This document shows positions 20,610-29,998 of a DNA stretch of 64,000 bases, piece after piece. Below the pieces are notes generated by a model. The model saw nothing but the letters and a program-made list of their open reading frames with translations, did no database searches and had not been told where the DNA came from. Numbering within the stretch: the stretch's first letter is position 1; every line of letters starts with the position of its first letter. The DNA comes from a virus (Duplodnaviria > Caudoviricetes). The DNA lies in the IMG/VR virus record IMGVR_UViG_3300042997_002652, positions 64,001 to 128,000 of that record; one strand, written 5' to 3'. Both the position numbers and the translations under genes were made by a program.

Positions 20610-21092
20610 CTACTTGTCTTTTGTATAAAGTTTTAAAAGTTCGTTTCTGTCTAATGCTTTACCTTCACCGATAGGTGTGTTTTCTACTTCTTCGTGTTTG
20701 TTTTGTAGTTTTTGATCCAAAGCGGCTTTTTTTAATTGAAGATCAAGTTGTTTTAGCTTTTTATTAATTTTTGCAGTCTTTGCCGTAATCGCATGTCCCA
20801 ACATACTACTAGCACTGTTAAATATTTCACTTGAAAATCTAGACTCTACTTGCATACCCAAATCCATTAAGTCTTTGTAACTACTAGCTGCTAATTCTGC
20901 AAGTTCATCTAATTCGCTATCTGCCGCTTCCAATCCTCTTACTTGAGGTAATGCAGCTTCTATTTTTTCTAAGTTAGTTAAAGCAGTTTGAGTGATTTCT
21001 TGCGCGTGGTCAAAAATAGGTTCTGATAAATCAGTATCTGAAATATCAGAGTCTTCGGGTAATTCAAAAAGTTCGCTTAATTTTTTAGTCAT
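20610..21092 (-). CDS. Helical late protein, possible terminase small subunit
   Basis: Helical core ELAELAASSYKDLMDLG...FNSASSMLGHAITAK plus coiled coil; next to the gp4-like gene. The terminase assignment is a guess. Confidence 0.4.
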   Translation of the reverse strand: MTKKLSELFELPEDSDISDTDLSEPIFDHAQEITQTALTNLEKIEAALPQVRGLEAADSELDELAELAASSYKDLMDLGMQVESRFSSEIFNSASSMLGHAITAKTAKINKKLKQLDLQLKKAALDQKLQNKHEEVENTPIGEGKALDRNELLKLYTKDK

Positions 21093-21114
21093 GTAACTAT
21101 TTATTAAAAAATAA

Positions 21115-21561
21115 TTATCTTTTTCCTTTTTTGCTAGTAGTATTCATGAATATTGAGTCTTCGCTTACTACTCTAAATACAAAACCGTTTTGTTTACAAT
21201 ATGCCATAGCAGCAGTAAACTTAGCTTGATTGACTATAGCATGTACTTTATCATGTCTAGTTTTAGCTTCTTGTAATGAAGTTTGACTTTTTGGTTTTAC
21301 TTCAATTATTTCTGCACTGGTTTTGTGATGTTTGTTTTCATACATTACGAAAAAATCAGGAATATACATTGAAGGTTTTCCCGTAAGAGGGTTTTTATAA
21401 GGAATTGCAATAGCTTCACTAGCCCATTTTAATATATGTTTGTTCTCATCTAAAAACATCATTACTCGTAATTCCCAACCAGAACGATATCTTGGTGTGT
21501 GTTTACCTATATATTTGTCAGGATTTTTTGGAGTGTATTGACCTTGCGCCCATTTAGCCAT
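21115..21561 (-). CDS. gp4: Head completion nuclease (T4 gp4-like, TnsA-type PD-(D/E)xK)
   Basis: GQYTPKNPDKYIG...YRSGWE...WASE...IPY...YIPDF...EVKP. Confidence 0.88.
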   Translation of the reverse strand: MAKWAQGQYTPKNPDKYIGKHTPRYRSGWELRVMMFLDENKHILKWASEAIAIPYKNPLTGKPSMYIPDFFVMYENKHHKTSAEIIEVKPKSQTSLQEAKTRHDKVHAIVNQAKFTAAMAYCKQNGFVFRVVSEDSIFMNTTSKKGKR

Positions 21562-21924
21562 TTATTGGACTACATTTCTAGCAGCAAGTTGATTTGGTCT
21601 AGCAATAACTCCTACACCGTAAAGTGAAGTATTAGATTTAAAGCTATTCAAAAAGTAACAAATAACTTTATTCATTTCAAGTTTGTTAGGTAACCCCTTT
21701 AACTGATCTAATAATTCTAATACAGGTATATCTGCTTCTTGTGATATTCTAAAAAGATTTGAAGTAAAGTTTCCAGCAATCGTATCATTATCTGATATTG
21801 ATTTAAAATAAGAAAAAACAATGTCAAATTCATTGGCGTTTATACCAAGCTTGGTATTATAGAAATTATCGTATATTAATATAGTTCTGTCTGTGTTTTG
21901 AAGGTTATTAATTATTGTAGGCAT
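21562..21924 (-). CDS. Hypothetical late protein
   Basis: ORF track; CTAAATA 5 nt before the ATG. Confidence 0.6.
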   Translation of the reverse strand: MPTIINNLQNTDRTILIYDNFYNTKLGINANEFDIVFSYFKSISDNDTIAGNFTSNLFRISQEADIPVLELLDQLKGLPNKLEMNKVICYFLNSFKSNTSLYGVGVIARPNQLAARNVVQ

Positions 21925-21949
21925 AATATTATTTAGTCATTATGTGTTA

Positions 21950-23266
21950 TTACAAACTTCTTCTAGTAATCGGCTGACCTAAGTTAGCTGGATATGATGT
22001 TGCACCACTTGAATTAACTTGACCGCCGGCAGGAAGAGGTGCTCTAGTTATACCTGCTCTAGTGTCAAATGCCGCGAAACTTTGAGCACCGGCAGGAAGA
22101 GGTGCTCTAGTTATACCTGCTCTAGTGTCAACTGCCGCATGGCTGATGGCGCCAGTAGTAGGTGCACTTGCTGTTGCTACAGGTGACGGAGTAGAACCAA
22201 CTTGCTGGAAAAACGCACCTATATTTCTAGTTACGTTGGGATTAGTTAAAGCAGATGTTACTCCATTTAACAACTCTTGTTTTATATTTTGTTTAAGATC
22301 AGTATTTTTAAAAGTGTTGTACGAGGTGCCTGCGAGTTTGATAGCACCTAAAATATTTCCTTGACTTAACGCTTCTATAGTTCCACCTACACCATCTACT
22401 AAACCTCCCTGCCCTAATATTGTTCTATTTGAGCCGGGGATAGAAATAGGACTTAATCTTCTATCATAAGTTTCTTCTGAACCAAAACCTGTTATAATAT
22501 TATCCGGTCTAGTACCATCAATTGAGCCATAATCATATACTACAGTTTCATAATCAATAGTCATTTGATTTTGCATAATGCCGCTACCTTGATCATAGTT
22601 ATAAGTATCATGAGAAAACTGTGTTATGACGGGGTTTACTAATGTATAAGATACGAAATTATGTCGGTTTAGTCCATACACTGTAATATTTTTAAAGAAT
22701 TGAACTTTTACGTTGTTGTTATTGTATGCGTCACCGGTGAATCCCCAGTTTTCACCTATTATACTAGGTTGGTAAATGTTTCTCGTTGTTAAGTCATCAC
22801 CTGCTACCGTTCCGTCAGCACTGAAATCAGAAAACGCCGAACCTTGAATACGTCTGTTGAAACTCTTGTCCATGTCACGATAGTTGTATCTATAATAAGC
22901 TTCCCAAAGTTTCGTAGCTTTGTTAGCATTATCATCGTGAAATGTTATAGTAACAGGTTCATACTTTATTTTAGTTTGTATAATTCTTTTTCTATTGTAT
23001 TGGTTCATCTGAAAAGTATCAAATGTATAGCTAGGTAATTTAATTTCTTTTACTAATAAACCTAAGTTTTGAGTTTTGTCTATTCCTGCATTATAAATTT
23101 CTTGATTTATTTCAAAATATGTATGAAATAAAAATTTATACTTAGGAGTATTTTCATAGAAATTAGGTCTAAATGTTTTAGATGCATGGGTAAAGTCTCT
23201 AAGATAGTCGCTGCCGAAGAATCCTCCAGCAGCGCCTCTTAGTAAGTCTTGAAAAAATCCAGACAT
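21950..23266 (-). CDS. Tail-tube-fold baseplate/tube initiator (gp48/gp54-like) with low-complexity C-terminus
   Basis: LVKEIKLPSYTFDTFQMNQYNRKR...YEPVTITFHDD; directly downstream of the tube gene. Confidence 0.7.
   Translation of the reverse strand: MSGFFQDLLRGAAGGFFGSDYLRDFTHASKTFRPNFYENTPKYKFLFHTYFEINQEIYNAGIDKTQNLGLLVKEIKLPSYTFDTFQMNQYNRKRIIQTKIKYEPVTITFHDDNANKATKLWEAYYRYNYRDMDKSFNRRIQGSAFSDFSADGTVAGDDLTTRNIYQPSIIGENWGFTGDAYNNNNVKVQFFKNITVYGLNRHNFVSYTLVNPVITQFSHDTYNYDQGSGIMQNQMTIDYETVVYDYGSIDGTRPDNIITGFGSEETYDRRLSPISIPGSNRTILGQGGLVDGVGGTIEALSQGNILGAIKLAGTSYNTFKNTDLKQNIKQELLNGVTSALTNPNVTRNIGAFFQQVGSTPSPVATASAPTTGAISHAAVDTRAGITRAPLPAGAQSFAAFDTRAGITRAPLPAGGQVNSSGATSYPANLGQPITRRSL
22026..22131. 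repeat. 63-bp-period tandem duplication (43 bp identical)
   Basis: ccggcaggaagaggtgctctagttatacctgctctagtgtcaa at 22026 and 22089, encoding DTRAGITRAPLPAG twice. Confidence 0.95.
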
Positions 23267-23285
23267 TTATAAACTACCTAAAGTA

Positions 23286-23957
23286 TTATGCACTAGGTGT
23301 ATTTGAACCTATACCAGTAGCAATACCTTGAGCAGCAGCATCAGCAACAATTCTACCAATACGCTGACCAACACCAGCAGTACCAAGAGTATCACCCTGA
23401 GTTTGAACTGCGTTGTCGTAACGAATAGTAAGTGCTATAGTAGCTGCTTCACTTGTTGCATAGTTTAACTGGTTATAGTTTGCTTGTTGTAAGTAGCATC
23501 CGTATAATTCCCAATTTTCTAATACAACCGGTACAGCAGTTCCGTTACCACCATCTAGAACTTGAACGTTAACTTGGAATTTAAAATCTTGACCAGATGC
23601 AGCAGACGCTTGTTCTACAAAGTCTAATTGCTTTTGCAATTGCTGGCCTACTGCTTTAGAGACTGATCCTGATGCATCGTCCCTGATGTTAACAGTAACT
23701 GGTTGCCAAGTGTGTTTACCCGGTAAGTAAATTCTTGAGTTGTATACGTTTAGTGTAATCTCGTCAAACTGTACTTGTGGTCTGGTTACATCCATTACTT
23801 GTTTTGTTAAGCTTAATCCGCCATCAACATCAACACCAAAGTTTAAGAAGTTAACTCTAAAACGGTATTGTAGTTTAGGCATCAGCAAGCCTTGGTTGCC
23901 ACCTGCGTTATCAGATGCTACTGTCATGTTGAACAACGAATTTGAGGCTGTCGCCAT
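23286..23957 (-). CDS. gp19: Tail tube protein (gp19-like)
   Basis: LMPKLQYRFRV...RIYLPGKHTWQPVTVNIRDD...WELYGCYLQQANY...ALTIRYDNA; follows the sheath gene. Confidence 0.85.
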   Translation of the reverse strand: MATASNSLFNMTVASDNAGGNQGLLMPKLQYRFRVNFLNFGVDVDGGLSLTKQVMDVTRPQVQFDEITLNVYNSRIYLPGKHTWQPVTVNIRDDASGSVSKAVGQQLQKQLDFVEQASAASGQDFKFQVNVQVLDGGNGTAVPVVLENWELYGCYLQQANYNQLNYATSEAATIALTIRYDNAVQTQGDTLGTAGVGQRIGRIVADAAAQGIATGIGSNTPSA

Positions 23958-23990
23958 GTTATTTCTCCTGTTTTATATATTTATCTTTTT

Positions 23991-24019
23991 AAATGAGAGG
24001 GGCTTAACCCCTCTCATTT
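23991..24019 (-). terminator. Intrinsic terminator after the sheath gene
   Basis: aaatgagagggg-cttaa-cccctctcattt. Confidence 0.85.
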
Positions 24020-24025
24020 ATTTTA

Positions 24026-27000
24026 TTATCTCAAACTAGTTGGTGCTGCACCGTCTAATGATGATGATAACTCACCTGTATTCAAGATACGAACTGGGAT
24101 GTAGATAAATTCAGCAGCTTTCACTGGCTCAATCGCTACATCTACGTAAAGTTCGTTTCTATCTATTCTAGCAGGTGTGTTGTTTGAATCGTCACACACT
24201 ACTAAGTAGTCGTACAACCCTCGTTTAGCCACTAAATCAACTAATAGAGTTTGTACTACACCTGTTATTTGCTGTCTAGTTAACGCATCATTAGGCTCAA
24301 ATACAAACGGTCTAGCAGCTATTGTTAACTGACGACGGATATATGCTACTAATCTTGCTACGTTAATTCTGTCAAGTGCGCTTTGTGAATTAAAGCTTGA
24401 CTTGTTGCCATAGTTTAACAATCCGTTTCCAGTAAAGAATACTAGAGGGTTGATAAAGTTTGTATACAACACATCTCTAATTCCAACTCTAGTTCGTGTA
24501 GATTGGAATTCACCTGTTTGTGCATCTAAGTAACCAATGCTTAATGCATTATCAATAACACCTCTTCTAGTACCTGCAGGAGCAAACCAAGGATAAGCGA
24601 TAGAGTCATTACGTAAAATAGTTCTTAACATCATATGTGATGCTGGAACTACTACTTCATTTCCTGCTAAATCATTAGTCAAACCACTTGGATAAAATAG
24701 ACCCATGTAAGTACTTCTAGTTACTAACCCGTCATCGCCTGTAGAAGTTGCGCCAGCAGCATTAGTTGCCCATGCTTGAATTGCTGTAGCTGTTTCTGGC
24801 AATCTCATTGGAGTATCACCAATGATAAACCCAGTTTCTCCTCTATCTGCGTTTAGTACAATCATGTTTGCTTGAAGTTCTGGATAGTTCGGAGTAGCAA
24901 TCAAGTTAAAGAAGTTGTCTTCATCTCTAATAGCAGTATTAGTGTCAATAGATGCTCTTAACGCCTGAACTACCATTGCTCTTTGAGCTTTACGACCCAT
25001 GTACGGAGCACCATTAGATTGTAATCCAGACACAGATACCCAAGCATCTTTTTCTGTTGGTAACGCAACATCTGGGAAACTAGTAGAGTTAAAGTAATTA
25101 GTTATAAACTCTTTAACGTTATAGCCTGATCGTCTAGTGTTGAATAACAACATACCTGTTGGATATAAGCTATCATCAGGAGCATCTAAATCTAAGTAGT
25201 TGCTTGTTAACAAGCTAACAATTGTTGGAACTGCATCTGTTGCTGGATTTGTTGTTGCGTTGGTCGCCCAACGTGCATCAGCAAAGACAACACCTGTTGG
25301 ATTTGTTTGATCAGTGTTATCAATTCTTACCCACTGATCAGTACCGCTAACACTTTGCCAACGATTGATAATAGGATAATTTTCTAAATCACTTATATCA
25401 ATCCAAAGATCACCGTATGCTAATGCAGTACCATCGGATTGAAGAGTTGGTGCGCTTGCGCTTACAATAGGACCGTTAGGATCAGTAGCGTTCACACCGC
25501 TTGGTAGTGGAAAACCTGAACTGCTAAAGTTGATGTTTCTGTATCCTCTCCAGCCTGCTGAAGTATTTACCATAATGTCTACTTGATCTACAACGCTATA
25601 GAACCAATTAGTTCCTGTAACCGGAGCTTCAGTTAATGCAGTTGCGCTTGCTGTAGGATCAGCTTCGATCCAGTCAGATAGTAATGAAGTATAAACAACA
25701 TTAGGAGTTCCTGATACAAAAGTTATGCCTTCTAACGCGCCTGCACCACTTACTTGTGTTACTTCAACTACTAAATTGTTAGCTGGAGCAGTACCACCTA
25801 AATTTGCTCCAGAAACGGTAAGTTGATCTCCTACTACATAACCTGTACCTGCGTTAGAAAAAGTGGTTGAATTTACTGCATATGTAGAAGCAAGAGAAAC
25901 TGATAGTACTGCGGATGAGCCAGCACCACCGGTAACAACAGGTGTGTATGTAGGTGTTAGAATAGCACCCTGTTTAACATAGTCGGTTGTACCTGCGATA
26001 AATCCAGCTTCGGTTAAAAATCCGTTATTATCAGTAATTTGTATCACACCACCGGCAGTATGAGTAATTACTAATGCACCTGCAGAATTTAGTTCTATAC
26101 TAGTATAAGGTATTGCAGCATTAGTCCAATCAACGATAAAGTCGGCGGCGGTGGCGTTGTCAGCTACAATTACTGTATAAGCACTAGACAGTGGGGCAAT
26201 TCCCGGTTGCGATACTTGTACAGAAAGAGTATAGGGGCCGCTAGGAAACGTTGGATTTTCTACAGTTCCCGTTACTACAGTTGCCCCTGCATTTGCTTTT
26301 TTCCAATAATAAATAGGACTATCTGATGGATACAAATTGTTGAAGTTATATTGCGCATAAAGAGTGTTTGCATCAATATTTAAACCTCCTTCTGCATCTA
26401 AGGATGCTATGGCTGCGTTATCAGATACCGCAAGGGTTACTGTTTTAGCATTCCAAGCAGCTAAATCACTAGACCATTCTTCTATCACAGGAGTTAATCC
26501 GTTACCGACAGATCCTACTTTGATCCAAATAGAACCAGTAGGTCTAGAAACGGTTTGACCAGTTTGCCATAGAGGTTGTTGTGAGGAAGTAGCGTATGTA
26601 ATTACAGGTTGAAAGTAATTCCCAGCAGTAATACCTAAGTCAGTTAATACAGTGCCTGTTCCTGCTACAATAGTAATAAATTTAGGTGCTATATCATCAA
26701 GATTTTGAGAAGAATATATATTTAATTTTCCACCGATTACAGAAGCACTTACACCGCCCCAACCTAAGTTATTAATTGCAGCAGCTACGCCTGATACTGT
26801 GTTGTTAGTAGCTGCTGGAACTGTAATAGTAGCACTTACTTGAGTAGTACCGGATAATCTGATTATAAAAGTATTTGCTGCGGTAAGTGACGTAGGTGCG
26901 TTAGAACCTTGGATAGCAGGAACATTTTGTAACCAAGCATTACTACCAATACTAACCCAAGTATTTGTAGTTGCTTTGTAGAAAAACTGTTTACCAGTAG

Positions 27001-27595
27001 CACTAGTAGGAGTACTATAAGTTGGTATAGCGATTACCGCGTAATCACCGATATTACCTACAGTATTAACAGGTGAACCAGCTGATACTTGCGTACTATC
27101 AGTTATTACGATTGGAGTTTGTAACGTAAACTGACCAGTAGTTTGGTTGAATACATAAATACCCCAAGTTGTTTCAGAAGTATTTAACCATAGAGTTCCA
27201 TCTGATGGTTCACCTGAAGGTCTTCCAGTTTGACCAACTAATGCAGCCAAGTCAATGTCTGCTCTCATGCAATATACTGTATTAGTAGCACCTAAAGCAG
27301 AGTATGCGGCTAATAATCCATATTCGTTTAATTCATACCCTTGAATAGGTGTACCATTAGTAGACGTATAAAAGAATGGATTACCGTATAAGTTAACAAG
27401 ATCACGCTGACTTGTTACTCTAAACAATTTGTTTGCGTTAGCAGCAGTTGTTCCTGATGCTATCCCTGTACCGCTAGGGTTAACTTTATTTTGTGCAGTT
27501 GCTAATAGCACAAATGGTATTGAATTTGTTGGCGCTGGTAAGTACTGAGATTCATCAGTAATACTAACTTGTACGCCGGGTGATGTTAATGCCAT
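24026..27595 (-). CDS. gp18: Contractile tail sheath protein (gp18-like), enlarged
   Basis: MALTSPGVQVSITDES; WFAPAGTRRG; INPLV; DRINVARL; FVFEPND; CDDSNNTPARIDRNEL; IEPVKAAEFIYI. Confidence 0.95.
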   Translation of the reverse strand: MALTSPGVQVSITDESQYLPAPTNSIPFVLLATAQNKVNPSGTGIASGTTAANANKLFRVTSQRDLVNLYGNPFFYTSTNGTPIQGYELNEYGLLAAYSALGATNTVYCMRADIDLAALVGQTGRPSGEPSDGTLWLNTSETTWGIYVFNQTTGQFTLQTPIVITDSTQVSAGSPVNTVGNIGDYAVIAIPTYSTPTSATGKQFFYKATTNTWVSIGSNAWLQNVPAIQGSNAPTSLTAANTFIIRLSGTTQVSATITVPAATNNTVSGVAAAINNLGWGGVSASVIGGKLNIYSSQNLDDIAPKFITIVAGTGTVLTDLGITAGNYFQPVITYATSSQQPLWQTGQTVSRPTGSIWIKVGSVGNGLTPVIEEWSSDLAAWNAKTVTLAVSDNAAIASLDAEGGLNIDANTLYAQYNFNNLYPSDSPIYYWKKANAGATVVTGTVENPTFPSGPYTLSVQVSQPGIAPLSSAYTVIVADNATAADFIVDWTNAAIPYTSIELNSAGALVITHTAGGVIQITDNNGFLTEAGFIAGTTDYVKQGAILTPTYTPVVTGGAGSSAVLSVSLASTYAVNSTTFSNAGTGYVVGDQLTVSGANLGGTAPANNLVVEVTQVSGAGALEGITFVSGTPNVVYTSLLSDWIEADPTASATALTEAPVTGTNWFYSVVDQVDIMVNTSAGWRGYRNINFSSSGFPLPSGVNATDPNGPIVSASAPTLQSDGTALAYGDLWIDISDLENYPIINRWQSVSGTDQWVRIDNTDQTNPTGVVFADARWATNATTNPATDAVPTIVSLLTSNYLDLDAPDDSLYPTGMLLFNTRRSGYNVKEFITNYFNSTSFPDVALPTEKDAWVSVSGLQSNGAPYMGRKAQRAMVVQALRASIDTNTAIRDEDNFFNLIATPNYPELQANMIVLNADRGETGFIIGDTPMRLPETATAIQAWATNAAGATSTGDDGLVTRSTYMGLFYPSGLTNDLAGNEVVVPASHMMLRTILRNDSIAYPWFAPAGTRRGVIDNALSIGYLDAQTGEFQSTRTRVGIRDVLYTNFINPLVFFTGNGLLNYGNKSSFNSQSALDRINVARLVAYIRRQLTIAARPFVFEPNDALTRQQITGVVQTLLVDLVAKRGLYDYLVVCDDSNNTPARIDRNELYVDVAIEPVKAAEFIYIPVRILNTGELSSSLDGAAPTSLR

Positions 27596-27727
27596 AATAA
27601 TTTTCCTTTAGTTGTAATATTTTGAGGTTTACTAACCTATACTGCGTTTCTTTTATTTATCAAATACTAAAGAAAATTAACACCTACATCAATTCTGGAT
27701 GCCTTTGAAGGTAGAATAAATATTTAT

Positions 27728-28078
27728 ATGAATATAAGACCTATATGTCCAAAATGTAATACATGTGTTTGTGCTATCAATTATAAGAAAAATAATGTGT
27801 ATCATTATAGAAGCACATGTAATAGCTGCGGTAGGAAAAAGCCCAGAAAAAAACCCAGAACTTTTCTTTGGCAAAAAAGCGGTTATAAGAAAAAAACAAT
27901 GTGTGACTTATGTGGATTTAGAAGTGTATACGCTACTCAAATAGTAGTGTACCATATCAACGGGGATTTAACTGATATTAAGTTAAACAATCTACGCAGT
28001 ATATGTTTATGCTGCGTAGAAGTTGTCAAAAGAAAAGAAGTGACTTGGAAGAGGGGAGATTTACAAGTTGACTATTAA
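27728..28078 (+). CDS. Zn-binding HNH-like protein, possibly degenerate
   Basis: CxxC pairs; YHINGDLTDIKLNNLRSICLCC resembles HHIDGNxxNNxxxNLxxLCxNCH. Confidence 0.65.
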   Translation: MNIRPICPKCNTCVCAINYKKNNVYHYRSTCNSCGRKKPRKKPRTFLWQKSGYKKKTMCDLCGFRSVYATQIVVYHINGDLTDIKLNNLRSICLCCVEVVKRKEVTWKRGDLQVDY

Positions 28079-28678
28079 GTTTAATGATGCAAACAAATCT
28101 TCTTTAGTGCCGTTATTAGCTAGGTAACAATCATACTCTAATCCTACAGAACTGTATTCGCTAGCATGAACGCCTCGAGGCGGTAAGCAACCTTCAGTAC
28201 CTTGATTGAATCTAACAGCATCATCATACCAGTTCGGAAGTTCACCGCGTTCAATACGAATCAATTTTCCATTTAGTTTTTTTACTACACTTAGTTCGTT
28301 AGCAAATCTAGCATCAGTTATTACGATATTACCTTCGCATTTAAGAATTTTGTTTTCTAACGATGCTACCCAAATATCTTTATGAAAACCATGTCTACAA
28401 ACTTCAGTACCCCAGTATTGTAATATCCATCTAGGAGTAAGATGGGGCATGTTTAATCTAGCAGCCCACCATGGATCAATTTGTTCTCTCCATTGTCTAC
28501 TCTCTAAAGTTTCACCTTCAAGTAAAACACGATCCCACCCAAATACTACTGCGATAGCATCTTTTAACGATCCTGCAAAGCTTAGTTTAGTAAAATTATG
28601 ATTGTTGATTAAGTATTCTGCTGCTGTATCTTTACCCGAGCCTATGAAACCCGAGATAGATATAATTTTGTTGGGCAT
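28061..28678 (-). CDS. gp1: Deoxynucleoside monophosphate kinase (T4 gp1-like)
   Basis: GFIGSGKDT, SFAGSLKD, TPRWILQYWGTEVCR, VITDARFANE, HASE. Confidence 0.92.
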   Translation of the reverse strand: MPNKIISISGFIGSGKDTAAEYLINNHNFTKLSFAGSLKDAIAVVFGWDRVLLEGETLESRQWREQIDPWWAARLNMPHLTPRWILQYWGTEVCRHGFHKDIWVASLENKILKCEGNIVITDARFANELSVVKKLNGKLIRIERGELPNWYDDAVRFNQGTEGCLPPRGVHASEYSSVGLEYDCYLANNGTKEDLFASLNLIVNL

Positions 28679-28743
28679 GTTATTCTCCTATGATTCTAAT
28701 AGAATAACAGAATGAACAGTCAATTGTCAAGTAAATTGGTTAA

Positions 28744-29520
28744 TTAGCCTTGCACCCATGTCAGAGGTTGTGAATTATCAACATATCGTTTGAGTTCATC
28801 AATCAATTTCTCTATCATAGCATAGCCTTCACTTTTCATTGCTGCGCCGTTAAGTGATGTACCACCACTGGGTCCAGCAATAGTAGCAAACTTTTCTCTG
28901 GCTTCACCAATGATAGTTTTTAAAACCGCAAGTGTATAATCTTGAATCCAAGTACCAGTAGAAGGGTCTTGTAACAATGTAGCTTCAGGTCGCAGGATAT
29001 CCGCCCAAATAAGGATCTTTTCACCTGAACCCTTAAAATCACGAACTATTCTAAGTGTCTTAGATACAGGATCAAATGTATAAGTCAAGTAACCACCAAA
29101 CATTCTAGCAGCTAACTCAACATAACCAGCATAAAAATCGTAAGTAGCCAAGCCACCGGCAGAGTTATAATTAAGCAAGTAAGTATTTAATATCGCACTT
29201 GAAAATGGATCAAATGAGCTGGCGCCGGGGCCAGTTTCTAATCCAACTGTTCTACGGTATAAGCATCTTACATTAATAAATTCACTGGGAAGTGTATAAG
29301 TATCTACATTTTTTTCTATAGTAAAAAGTGTGTAAGTTTCCTGTGTGGAATTCTGCGCACGTTGTCTATATGTAGATATAGCATAATTATATGCTACTTC
29401 CAAGTGCTCAGGATCAACTTCAAGATCAATTATATTTTGACCTAATCTTAATAAACATGAATTAAATAATTGCTCTTTTAATTGAGTAAGATTAAGATTA
29501 GTTGGAATTGTTTGGATCAT
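28744..29520 (-). CDS. gp13: Neck/head adaptor protein (gp13-like)
   Basis: LRLG..IIDLEVDPEHLE...WIQDYTLA..K...GEAREKFATIAGPSGGTSLNG. Confidence 0.8.
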   Translation of the reverse strand: MIQTIPTNLNLTQLKEQLFNSCLLRLGQNIIDLEVDPEHLEVAYNYAISTYRQRAQNSTQETYTLFTIEKNVDTYTLPSEFINVRCLYRRTVGLETGPGASSFDPFSSAILNTYLLNYNSAGGLATYDFYAGYVELAARMFGGYLTYTFDPVSKTLRIVRDFKGSGEKILIWADILRPEATLLQDPSTGTWIQDYTLAVLKTIIGEAREKFATIAGPSGGTSLNGAAMKSEGYAMIEKLIDELKRYVDNSQPLTWVQG

Positions 29521-29590
29521 TTTTCATGGTTCCTTTATGTTATAACTATTTATCTGGTTACATTTAGTTTACATGAAATAATTATTCTAA

Positions 29591-29990
29591 GGGCATGGCG
29601 AGTAGATATAAAATCTACAAGCCACGGGTTATTCTTGAGGTACTTAGGCAACGATGAATTCAAACATTACAGTGGAGGATTGTCTATGTCTCACTAACCC
29701 ATAAAGGGAGTTTGCCGTATTCGCTGTTAACGTTCAAACGCTATTCACCGAGGAGTTTGAACCAGCCCAAGAGTATCTATCGCAATTACCATCTCTTGGC
29801 AACAACAACCATTTAGACACAAGAAACGTTTCTAACAAGGGTTAGACGTTTATGGCATCCCTATTCGGGGTAGTCTTGTGAATGGAGTCACTGATTTTAC
29901 TCAGTTCAAGCTTAGACTCGCTTCTATACCCACACAACACGGATTGAGGTGGGACTTGGATGTTATTGTGGCTAACACTTACCTTGCTTG
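29591..29990 (+). ncRNA. Candidate large structured non-coding RNA (class unknown)
   Basis: No convincing ORF; 43% GC (173/400) against 21% in the adjacent spacer 29521-29590; about 12 nested helices found by eye. Strand inferred from G.U pairs. Confidence 0.65.
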
Positions 29991-29998
29991 ATAAACAA

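Noticed and set aside
29674-29690. RNase P CR-I-like GAGGAUUGUCU
   Set aside because: No complementary P4 partner or CR-V (ACAGAA..CGGCUUA) near the 3' end
29647-29697. tmRNA-like tag frame GNDEFKHYSGGLSMSH* inside the RNA candidate
   Set aside because: Resembles ANDE, but there is no tRNA-like domain (no GGGG 5' end, T-arm or CCA), no UAG resume context and no LAA end
29482-29697. 71-aa plus-strand ORF in the track
   Set aside because: Overlaps the gp13 start antisense, has no SD or promoter, and is better explained as chance within the structured RNA
29680-29885. Group I intron R/S-like words on the minus strand (UUCACAAGACUA; GAGACAUAGAC)
   Set aside because: P7 would contain A.A mismatches, the R segment is tied up in the CACAAGA/UCUUGUG stem, and no interrupted gene flanks it
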